NCBI GenBank assembly: GCA_020536535.1
Contig: JAHLWZ010000253.1
Coordinates: forward strand, 62,001 to 126,000
DNA from: Pelomyxa schiedti
Taxonomy: Eukaryota; Protista; Evosea
DNA: 64,000 bases
Direction of reading: 5' to 3'
Shown here: in pieces, positions 42,225 through 53,046 of the stretch
Layout: the number at the start of each line of letters is the position of its first letter
Position numbering within the stretch: the first letter of the stretch is position 1
The notes under the pieces: generated by a model
Databases searched by the model: none
Told to the model about the DNA's origin: nothing
What the model saw: only the letters and a program-made list of their open reading frames with translations
Made by a program: the position numbers and the translations under genes

Positions 42225-45200
42225 GGACGAGGAGGGCAGGTACTGGGCGGTCGGAGAGGAGGAGCAGCAGGGGAATCACTCTTGGATGTACCCCTGCGAG
42301 AAGGCCAGTGTGTACAGCGAGAGCCTGGGGAGCCAGTCGCGGGAGTACGAGGCGGAGGCAGCAGCCAAGAGCCTGCAGGCGAAGAAGCAGCAGCAGCAGG
42401 CGCCGAGGGGCGGGGGGCGCGGCACGCTGCCTGTGATAAAGGTCAAGGCGAAGCCGTCTACGGGGGGGAGGGGCCGAGGGGGGTCTGTGGGAAGTGCAGT
42501 TGTGGTGGGTGATTCTGGTTTCTGGGGGGGAAGCGGCCCGGCGACCGCAGCTGCTACTACCACCACTGCGCCTGTGGCTGTGAATGCTAATGCTAATGCT
42601 GCTGTGAATAGTAATGCCAGACAAACTAGCACCACAATCACCAAGGGGACTGCAGCCATCACGAAAGACACGAGCAACATCAGGAAGGCCGACGGCGTTG
42701 TGGGTGGGAAGCCCAGCTGCAACCTCAACACCAACACAAATTCTGGCAGAATAGCCTCAACAAATGTAAATACCAATAAGTCAAGCAACAATGGCAGTGG
42801 TGGTACCGCAAATGCACCCCATCACGAGAGTCCACGCAAACCGGAGTCTAGATTAAGTCCTCCAAGTGCAACACCCTCCATCAGGTAAAAAGTTCCCAGT
42901 TTATCTAGGTTCACACATCCCAGCTTTGCAAGAACTTCGGATAGCTTCCCAATTTGTGAAGGGTACCTGTGTACAGGGAAAGACGACTTAACTCAAAAAA
43001 ATATTTTTTTTCCAGATTTCGAAATATTGGAAATACTTGCTACATGGGAGCAGTTTTACAATGCCTCACTTCAATAAAGTGGTTCGTTCAGGACCTTGCT
43101 TCCCCAGATGTGGTTTCTAGATTGAAGGAAAGTCCAGGTTTTGTACATTGAGGAGCCCTTGCCCTATCTCACTATCTGTAGATAGCTTAACTGAATTCTA
43201 TAATGCTCTGAGTGAATTGTGCATTGAAAAAGTATATCACTGACCTAATCAGTAATCAGTCTTAATCATAATTTCAGGAATCGCACCCACATCCAGTCTG
43301 TAACCCAAATAAACTCAAAGAAGCGTTATGTAAGGTCTTACCACAATTCTCTGGGGTCCGGCAGCAAGTACGTATTTCTATTTTATTCACACAGTAAGCT
43401 CCTCAGGATGCCCATGAATTCCTTGTAAGTCTTTTTGATCAAGTGGAAAGGGAGCTTGCCCTACATATCATAATTGGTATCACCAAAGTGATTTGTTAGT
43501 CATCATTGCTTTTGTTAACGGTTCAGCAGAGAACCCTAAAGAGCGCTCTTTGTGCCCAGTAAATTTGAATTTTGGATGCAAAGTCTCTCCACTCTTTTCC
43601 TTAGTTTTTTTAAATAACAATAGGTCCAACACAAATTCACCTGCGAGAAGTGCGGACACTTTAGCACTGTGACTGAGCTCTTTCACGTTTTCTCCCTCAA
43701 TTTGCTTGATGATGAGGAGCGAGCATTATTTGATGCAGTCGATCTTCCCACTGTTGACCACCTGATTCAAATTCATTTCAAAGTAATCGCACGGCTAGCA
43801 ATTAACCTAACACGTGAAGGACGACAAACTGGAGAGATTATGCCCGAAGGAACTCTGTGGTCACAAAAAGGCACAAGCTACACATAACATCACTGCTCTT
43901 CCTGTATCTGCAATTCTTTTCTATTCTATCTCATCGTCACAGAGAATACTTATTTTACATCTAAAACGATTTACACACGGGAAAATCCTGTCGAAGAGGT
44001 TAGATCCAATTCGAATTCCACTTGAGCTAGATCTAGGTATATTATTTTGTCACCCTTCTACATTCTGATTTCTCATCAGGGCCCTGTACCGTCAAGGACC
44101 CCTCTCTGCCTTTACAACCCCGCCCTCCAGCACCGCTCGTGCCACCCCCATTTGCAAGGATGAAGCTGGACTCGGCAAATAAATCTTTTTCGCCTATTGA
44201 ACCTCCCCCTTCTGTTCATGGAAAAACCCCACCCGGCCCACTTGCTATTCATCATCCCAAAACGCGAGAAGTTACAGGTTAGGACTGGTACACCACTTCA
44301 AACATTGTAGCAATAAAATAGATGAATAAACACATCATAGAACCTGTTTGGAAGCATGTGGAAACTGAAAACGCACAATTGAATCAAATTGCTCTTCATC
44401 CGCCCCCGAAACGGCCTCGTCTTGTTCTCGGTATTCCTTATAGATTTTGCTCTTTGTTTTACTTACACAACAAGAGCCAAAGCCCCCAGTGCGCATTGAA
44501 GGTCTCGTTCTTCAAATACTTTTGTACCTAATTTTTTTTTTCTCTTGCAGCAGTTACAACAGGTGTAGATGAGAAAAGTCCGAATTGCGATGTAGTTGTA
44601 CCCTCCAATGAACTGTGTGCCAGGCCAACCAACCTCCAAGTAAATGCACTTAAGTCACTGTAGGAAGAGTGAAACATCTTGTCCCAATGCCACACGCAAA
44701 GTATCCGAGCCTGAACCTGAAATCAGAGACATAACACAGGTCGTCGATCCATCAACACCAACAGAGACAATTCAGTCTGGGGTAGTTGATCCACCAACAA
44801 ATACAATTCAAAGTGGAGATGGCTCACATGCAGAGAGCACAGGAACCAATCCCGCGCACGACCCTGCAAGCACTCCTTCAACAAACGAGGACCCCCCAAC
44901 GACTACCGCCAGTAACACACAAGATGCACCTCCGAATCAAAGCACCACCACCTGTTCCGCGGAATCATCAGCAAGTTCTAGCGGGGCACAGCCAACCAAA
45001 CCACCAAGACAACCCCCGATCATTCCGGCATCAGGGAAACTTTGGAACGACACCGCACCCGGCACAACACCAAGCAAAAGATACAGATTGGTATCTTATG
45101 TGCGGCACGACGGTCTTTCTGCCTCTGGGGGACACTATCTAGCTATGGTGCGTAAGGGTGATATATGGAAGCTCTACAATGACTCTGCCTGTTCTAACTA

Positions 45201-45312
45201 CAAATTCGGTTTGTCTTCCAAAATCATCCCAACACTCAATAATAGTATTCCTCACAGGAGGTCAAACTGACGAGAAAAATGCTTACCTGTTTTTCTACGA
45301 GTACCAGTTCTG
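41878..45312 (+). CDS. Ubiquitin-specific protease, USP26/29/37-like, with low-complexity N-terminus
   Basis: FRNIGNTCYMGAVLQCL, QQ|DAHEFL, ILILHLKRF, split His box YRLVSYVRHDGLSASGGHY, WKLYNDS, AYLFFYE. Confidence 0.85.
42178..42222 (+). repeat. (GGC)15 coding microsatellite (poly-Gly)
   Basis: Perfect GGC tract in the first exon of the USP37-like gene. Confidence 0.9.
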
Positions 45313-45374
45313 AGTAGGTCAAAAAGATCTGTGGATAGAACTTTTCTTTTCTTTTCTATTTTTTTTTGGCTCGG

Positions 45375-47310
45375 ATGTCGTCGAGTGCAACCGATGGCAG
45401 CACCAAGTTGTCGTGCTGCAGGATGACATGGTGAGTTGTTGTAGTAGCCCTCCCACAATTCATTGCGATCTGATTACGGTATAGCGCAGTGGTTCCACCG
45501 GGGCTGGCGGGATCTGCACCAGCGGCCTCGTGGGATGGCACCAAGTTGTATTTCATTGGGGGAGTGAAACACGGTTATTTGGCTGCATCGGGGTCAGGGT
45601 CTTCAGATGTGTACATTTTTGACATGGGTAATTGCTACTCATTTTGCACTTTCACAACCACGGGGGACGGGGCAGGGAGTGCAGACAATGGATTATGGGT
45701 GGGGAATATGAAAATATTTATGTGTTTGGTTGGATTCTGCACCATATATTCTAATTTCAGAGTGATTAGTGAGAAATACCTGGGCAAAGCCTCAAGTGGC
45801 TGTGGTGCCAGGAGAGTGTTTATACGGCTGTACTGCAACACCCTATGCAAGTAGCGAGGGTAACCTATTAATCATTGTTGGTGGAAGCTCTGATCCCGCT
45901 CTGTTTTTGCGTACATTACACCTTCCAGAAGGTACTATTCCTTTTCATTGTATTACTGTGGTTACAGGATCATCCATTTCAGATCAAACAATCTCTTGGA
46001 GAGTGAAGGAGCTTTCAACAGAGAATTCGCTTACACAGTTACCTCCATCGCGGTTCCACAGTGCAACTCTTATTGGCAATGACATTTTTGTATTTGGTGG
46101 ACTATGTGCAGGGCATGTTCATAATAAACTACTGAAATTTTCTATTGGTAAGCAACAAACGTTTGCAACAAATTACATGGTAAACAAGTGGGATAGGTAC
46201 TAAAGTTACCTGCACACTTATTGAAGCTGAAAATGCACCACCAGCACGGTCTCATCACACAGCAACAGCAGTAGGAACTAGTTTGTTTATATTTGGTGGA
46301 TGCTCAGATACAGATGTACTTACAGATACTTGGACTTTTGACACAGGTGCTTCATATGCAAACAATTCGTAACTTTGCTAACAACGCTACGTATAGTGTC
46401 TCGTCATTGGAGTTGCCTAGATCCATCTCCGCCAGTTTGCATTCCTCCTACCCCACTGATGCCAGGGTGGTGTCCAAGAGAAGAAATCAAGCCTTCATCC
46501 TATTCCTGCTATCTTCATAGCAGTAACTCCATATTTACTTTGCAACCGTTACCAGTCAATGACTCCTTGCGATTTACCTCACGCTTATACAACCTAAGTA
46601 CCCCCTTTAACGGTAAACAGCCACCTCAGTTAATTCTATCTGCACAGCCAACTATGCCTGGCAAAGTGTTACCTGGCAGACAGACCCTCCGCTTGGTTTT
46701 GGTACTTCAGACTTCCGACTGATGGCTTCTGCATGCAACACTAGCCCCACTCTTCTGAGATTGGTAGTATTTGGTGGTGTACTTACTGTAAAACACAGTG
46801 CTCCCGTTCTACTCAATGACCTCTGGATCATCGGCGATTCCCGAGGTTGTTTCCCAACCCCAGATCACATTTAGTTTTTTCCCTCTACACTCCAACAACA
46901 CTGATTACTGTGAATAGAGAGCCGAGCCACACCCCCACCTTCACAACCATTCAGTACAAAACTGTTGACACCAGCACCGCCAGCCAAACCAGCCAAACCT
47001 ACCACAACACCAACGACTTCACACACAATTTCCACCACAAGGTCCATCACAGTTTCAACAGACTCTACTGACTTGTGCAAGGTATAATATCTTCAAACCT
47101 GATATCGAAACTCACCCAGAAAACCAAAGATATGCTATGAAAAGAAAATTGACACGGTAGTATTGGAATGTGGACACAGTTTTGCTTGCATGCAGTGTGC
47201 CTCATCCCTTAGAGTATGTCCCAGAGTTATATTCCAAAACTAAGAGGTCTTAGGTGTGCTCCGTTTGCCGTAAGGACATTGTCAGAGTGATCAAGTTGTA
47301 CAAAATGTGA
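45375..47310 (+). CDS. Kelch-repeat protein with C-terminal C3HC4 RING (putative E3 ligase)
   Basis: Kelch motifs PSRFHSATLIGNDIFVFGG and PARSHHTATAVGTSLFIFGG; RING CK|ICYEKKIDTVVLECGHSFACMQCASSLR|VCSVCRKDI. Confidence 0.88.
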
Positions 47311-47395
47311 AAAATCATAAGAAATGGAAAGAATAGGGTGTCTATAGCCACAAGGCAGCAAAGATAAAAGATGAAAAGCAAAAATTTCTAGAGAG

Positions 47396-47882
47396 TCAAA
47401 AAGCCTTGTTTATTGCCGTTGGGGTGAGGAGTACAGTTCTTGTGTAAATAACACCCCTGTCATCACCAGAATCACGCCTCTCCACCAGTGAGCACTCACA
47501 CAGCTCCCTCCTCAGCGAAATGTGGTCGATGTTCTCCTTTACTTTATCTGTGGGCTCGTTGCTGAGAAGTCCCAACAGGATGGTATTCACGTCTGCCTCT
47601 ACATATCTATTTGAAGGACACAACAAAGTGGATGGAGGAAACCGTGGATCAGCTGCTGAAAAAAAAAAAATTGGATAAATGCATACTCGTGTCCAAGGAG
47701 AAAATGGGTTGCTATCCAAGCCAAAAGTGACGCCTTTTGCTCTCTTTGTTTCTTTGTTGGCCACAACCTGATGAGTTGGTGTGGAACGTCCAAAAACTCC
47801 TAGGAACAAGTAAATCCTCATCACAGATGTTTCTGCATCCACACACCGCAATGGACTCGGGGGCAAAACACACGGCTGCCAT
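47396..47882 (-). CDS. DUF2087-like small protein, two introns
   Basis: Spliced: MAAVCFAPESIA|EFLDVPHQLIRLWPTKKQREQKASLLAWIATHFLLGHE|YVEADVNTILLG..DHISLRRELCECSLVER, matching the DUF2087 pattern F-x-G-x2-Y-x-E-x2-VN-x2-L..D-x3-LRR-x-L. Confidence 0.7.
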
Positions 47883-48147
47883 CTTGTGGGTTTTTTTTTT
47901 GCTTTTTGATCGATCAAATGCCAAGTGTTTTATGGGGTGATTTCTTGTTAAGGAACGATCTGAATTCTGGAGAAAGATATGACAAATGAGTCAGATTGAG
48001 GCTACTCCTCAAGACATCGAAGCCAATGCTCTAACCTGTGCCTCAATCAGACCACGATCAATCTGAAAGCAGGTTGAGCAGACTGCGCCCAAGTTACACA
48101 TCTCCTAATTTTTTTTTTAAATTGTAAAAATTTTTCACGTTCTCGAG

Positions 48148-49542
48148 ATGCCCAAGCACAAGGTTGTTGCGCACAGACATCGTTACTACATCAATCTAAC
48201 TGTTTTGTTAAAAAACCAACAGAGCACCTCCGCGAAGGAAAAATCCGGGTCTGGGGCTGAGGAAAGTCAGTTTGAGGTGGAGAAAGTTGTAGGACGAAGG
48301 ACACGAGTACGTTGGCTTGTTCTGGGGTTTTTTGGGTTTTTTTTGGGTTTTTTTCTTTTCTCCTCCCAACCTTTTTTTTTTTTTTACAGAACGGCAAAGT
48401 GCAATACTATTTGAAGTGGAAGGTATTGGAGATACTCATTTGGAAAGTGCCACCAAAAGAACGCGTAACTGTGATATAGGGATACCCCTCGTCTGACAAC
48501 ACGTGGGAGAATGAAGGGGACTGTGCCTGTGCAGACTTGATAAGCGAATTCCTACGGAAATTGAAAGAAAAAAAACGCAGTGAAAAAATGCTGTCTCCTG
48601 ACAAGAAAACATCATCAGGGCACAAACACTCCAAGAAAGGTAGGTGGCGTAATTTTCAACTTTATGAACAATTCTAATCACAACAATACTAGACAAAACT
48701 CCTGACAAGGAGTCTGAATATACCAAGCAAGTGTTGTTGGTCGTAGACGAGAAAACAGGTGTAAAGGAGCTTGTTACTGAAAAGGAAGTTGCTACACCAC
48801 CTCATTCTGGAAAAAATTCAAGTGCATCCAGTAATACAACATCAAAAACCGTTGCCACTGCATCGAAAAGTTCGGAATCAAAACTCGCTCCCGCAAAGCG
48901 AAAACATGACGAGCCCGCGCCCACAACACCAATGCACAGTGACAGTAAGGATGACGACATTCCGATGAAACCAGTCCAAAAAGAGGAAGCTGCTGCGCCT
49001 CCTGGAGCCAAGAGGAATTGTGTCAGCCATTCTTCCCCAAGTGCATCAGTCACAACCACAGTTATTCAAGATGTACCGAAGCCTGAAAAGCCTGAAAAGT
49101 CTGAATCTGCCGTAGCACAAGTAAATCTAGAACATATGGCTGAGGAGGTTTGGCCACTGCACCATTCTGCGTTATTCTCACGGCCGTAGAATATCGGCTT
49201 TGAACAGGGAGATAAAGTGGAATCCATTGTGGGTGTTGCTAAGGATGATGAAAGTGGAGAATTATATGTATATGTACAATGGTAAGCAGAACATATCAAT
49301 ATGAAACATAGCAACGTAATTCTGCAGGATTGGCAAGTCGACGGTGACTGCTATACCGGCTCACGAAATACACCAACGGGAACCACTTAAACTGATTGCT
49401 TTCTACGAGAGTAAACTCAAGGTTCTTCAGCTTCTTTCCTTAAAACAACCACCATTTTCAAATATTTACTCCTGTGTAGTTTGAGTCCGGCACCACGAAC
49501 CCCTCAATCCTCGGCAATCCTGGCCAACCCAGTTCCTCCTAG
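48148..49542 (+). CDS. HP1: HP1/Swi6-type chromodomain + chromo-shadow protein
   Basis: Chromodomain FEVEKVVGRR|NGKVQYYLKWK|GYPSSDNTWENE..LISEF; shadow domain GFEQGDKVESIVG..LYVYVQW..PLKLIAFYESKL. Confidence 0.9.
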
Positions 49543-49889
49543 TTTATTTACTACTTTTGAGTCAAAACCGACACCACTGCCAACCTAACTTACAAACCAC
49601 CCATCATTACGATCACACAGCGCAACCAATACTTTTTTTTTGTTTGTTCTCTGATTCCCTTTCTCGGGCTCCCAGTTGTGCCAAAAATAAGAGATTCATA
49701 CGAAGATGATGGACTCTTTGGCTAACTGGCACACGTGAGGTAACGAAAAGGCCCTCCCACTACAGCACCAGCCGAGGGTCAGATACAGTCACCAATATTT
49801 TTCCCCTGCCTGGTTCTCCCATAATTCCTTTGAGCTCAAAAGGACCGTGATTCGAACGTGATCCTCAGCTGGTGCGGGTCAGAATAACC

Positions 49890-50470
49890 TGGAAGAGAGG
49901 AGATTGGGGAGGGGAGGGGATGTAAAAAATAGGCACTCTTGTTCCCGGCAATGGAATTAAGCCAATAATTTCGGGAGTACTATTCAGGGACACAGAAGTA
50001 AAAAGTGTGGGTTTTGTGGTTGTAGGTATTGGGGATTGTGGTTGTAGGTCTTGGGGAAGGTGATGCGGCAATGGAGCGGTACTGAAGGTGCAGGCAGGGA
50101 GATGTCCATCCTCGACCCACCCGTCCTCCCCCTCCCTTCTCCAATCTCCTCTTTTCCCCATGGGTCCGGCATCACACTGGGAAAAAGAGAAACAAGATTT
50201 CCTCCTCAGATGAATTGTGGGACAAACCGAAAAGAAGCACATAAACATAAAAAAATTCGAAGAGTTTGCGAATTCAAGGTATCGGGAAAATTTTTGTCTC
50301 TTTCAGCTCTTTCTTAAGCCAGCACGACAATCGGTGTTGCCGGGAACAAGAGTGCCTATTTTAATTCAAGGTTCGGGAAAATTTTGTCTTGTTCAGCAGT
50401 ACTATTCAGGGACACAGAAGTAAAAAGTGTGTGTTTTGTGGTTGTAGGTCTTGGGGAAGGTGATGCGGAT
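49890..50470. repeat. Rearranged, inverted pieces of the modular repeat, including a 437-bp segment bounded by 26-bp perfect inverted repeats
   Basis: AAAATAGGCACTCTTGTTCCCGGCAA at 49926-49951 and its reverse complement at 50337-50362; interior is an inverted copy of ~12655-13028; a further deleted copy lies at 50365-50468. Confidence 0.85.
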
Positions 50471-50513
50471 TGGATAGCTGTCTTTCCGTACACTTCTTCG
50501 AGTTTTTTTGCCC

Positions 50514-51383
50514 CCTCAAAGCAAGCTTCTCTTTCAGCGCAAGTGATCTCCCTGCCTGCACCTTCAGTACCCTCTCCATTGCCGCATCACCTTCCCCATT
50601 GAAGAAAAAATAGAAGCACACCCCAGCCAACCACAAAACATTGAAACAACCAAAACTTTTTTTCACTGTAACAGAAGCCTGTTTGTTATGTTCGGGAACC
50701 TTGAGGTGGAGGTGGGGTACCCATCTTTGGGTTGGTGGTGGTTGTGTGCGTCCTGGGGACTTTGGGTTGGGGGACTGTTGGTGCTGCGGCGTCCGTGTCG
50801 TTGGAACTGTCAGTGTTGGTCTCTAAGACCTGAGCCGGGATCCCCTCGGTCACGTACTTCATTGGATCATCACTGCGATCGCGTTGGTTGGTAGCAATTG
50901 TGGAGGTGGTGGCGGCGGGCTGAGGTTGCTGGATAAAGAAAGGAAGTGGGGGTACAAGGAACGTGTTTGGTCCTTCAACTACTCTCGCACTGCTGTGCAC
51001 GTGCTTTGTGTTGGAAGCTGTGGCTGTGGTGGTGGATTTCTCGTGACTGTAGGGACCTTGATAATGATAGCAAAGGCCAACAGTGCCGATGGATGAGGGG
51101 GGAAGTGACTCTGGACGAACAGCTTCCGGAACCAGTGATTGGTTTTTCCTTTTCCGGAGTAAATTGCGGTCACGGCTTTGCTTCTTCACAGGGGCTGGAT
51201 GGGATGTAGCCATCATGCTGGCGGGACTGGGGCTCTGATTCAACGGCCACTGAATCTGAGGAATCAAGTAATCAGCACGCCCATTGCCCATGGCGTTGGG
51301 TGCCTCTCTTTGAGGAACACCCTTGTAATGTTGGACCTTACGGTGGAATGTCTCAACACCTTCTTGATCAGGGTGCTTGGAAA
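50514..51383 (-). pseudogene. Duplicated 3' end and downstream flank of the ankyrin-like gene (copy of 8752-9618)
   Basis: Encodes SKHPDQEGVETFHRKV..DPMKYVTEG, nearly identical to the tail of the 823-aa ORF; small indels; original stop context ACTCAT changed to ACCCAT; 5' ~2.4 kb of the gene is missing. Confidence 0.85.
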
Positions 51384-51419
51384 CTTTGCTTTCTGTTTTA
51401 ATAATGAATGGTGTTCGCG

Positions 51420-52059
51420 ATGTAACAATCAAAAAAGCGCTAAAACACACCCAACGGCAACATGTTCATGTGGATCCAATGTTGAGTAAGATCTCGTGTC
51501 CCCGTTTCGTTTTCCTACGTCATCTGCTGTGCTGATAAGATCCCCATCTCGTGCGATAGTCGTTGTTACACCGGCTCTTTTTTTGTTGTTTTATTTGTAA
51601 GTTGTTGCCAACATTGCTATTTCTTTAATGAAATTGAAACTGGTGCAGGTGTTCGGTTTTTTGTTCTGCGTCCCGTTGCATCGTGAATCGGCCCCGCAAG
51701 TGCAACAAAAAACTTGCGTAGACCTTCCGCCACACTCAGAAGACAGGCCCTGAAACCGAAAAACCGAAAGATCAGTAATTTCAACTCTGCCCTGTTCGAG
51801 ATTGATGCAATTTCTCCCACAATTCGTCAGGGGCGAAAAAAGGAACGGGAGTTCGGCTGGGAGCTCCGACGACTATTTTATGGGGAAGAGAGGAGATTGG
51901 AGAGGGGAGGGGGAGGACGGGTGGGTCGAGGATGGACTTCTCCCTGCTTGCACCTTCAGTACCCTCTCCATTGCCGCATCACCCTCCCCTATAGAGTAAT
52001 AGAAACACACGCCAACCACAAAACAAACATTTTTTTTTTGCTTTTTTTGCTAAAAAACG
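51420..52059. promoter_or_regulatory. Repeat cassette forming the HAUS1 upstream region (purine-rich/pyrimidine-rich hairpin at ~51882-51989)
   Basis: The only sequence between the pseudogene fragment and the HAUS1 ATG; homologous to 8177-8635 and 12290-12935. Confidence 0.6.
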
Positions 52060-52824
52060 ATGAGCGAGCCGGTGTTGATGAGGGAGCTACGGGCGCAGGG
52101 CGAGCTGTACGAAGAAGACACAGCCAGGCTGCGAGCGCTGCTTGGGGCGATAGGCGTGGGCGAGGGCGATCTCCCGGCCACCCTGAGGTCTGACCTGCGC
52201 GACCTTTCCATGGCCGCCGTGGCGCTGGGCGCGGATTGTGGGACGCCGTCGCGAATCGCATGCGCCCTGGTGGCCGCGGAAATAGACGGGGCCGAGGCGC
52301 GGCTCGACCTCGCGGAGCAGAGGGGCCGGGCCGAGCGCCTGCAAGCGGCCCGGCGAGAGCACGAGGGGGCGCTGGGGGCCCTGAGGGGCGACTGGGCGAG
52401 GGAGATGGAGCGGAGGTACGCGGCCACGCAGGAGGGGGACTCGCGAGACAGGGCCGCCGCCGTGTACTGCACCACGAAGGCGGGGGAGTATGCGAAGGTC
52501 TCGGCGACAATGCAGCAGAAGGTACTTACCTGAATTTCTTTGGTTTTTATTGTTATTACTTTTTTTTTTTTTTTGTTTTACCCTCGAGGGTGAAAGCTGG
52601 CTAGAAGCGGTTATGGGGAAGACATTTGCCATGGGGAAGTTGTGAAACTCAAACATAAACTGAGAGAAGCACAATCGCAGCTGAAGCCACTCCTGGATGA
52701 ACTCAACACATATCACAACTTACCAACAAATTACTCCGAGGCACAAGTGACCGTGGAACAGCTAAAGCAAGACATTCTCAACCTGAAACAGCAGCTCGAA
52801 GCCAATGTCAGTGATTTCATGTAA
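52060..52824 (+). CDS. HAUS1: Augmin/HAUS complex subunit 1-like protein
   Basis: LRAQGELYEEDTARLRALL; KAGEY; after intron 52522-52596, HGEVVKL..LKPLLDELNTYHNLPTNYSEAQVTVEQLKQDI, matching the HAUS1 C-terminal pattern (H..LV.L..PL..L..Y.DL......AQV..E..K). Confidence 0.75.
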
Positions 52825-53046
52825 AGAAGAACCAGGCCTGCCGTTCTGCAACAACCTCGCTTCCGTTCTTACTTTCTGAGTGAGCTACCAAAAAAGGCCT
52901 ACAAATTCTGATTCAGCTCCACGAGGCCACGGATCCCTATTTTCCCCTGTTTGTTGAGTGTCACCCGCACACAAGCAACAGGCACATTTTGTTCCAAATT
53001 GGGGACCTGTTGCGTTTAAAAATATTTGGGAGACAGACCAACACCG

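Noticed and set aside
49727-49745. Resemblance to U11 snRNA (TGGCACACGT)
   Set aside because: The 5' splice-site-pairing sequence, the ATCAAGA loop and a proper Sm site are absent; the short match is probably chance
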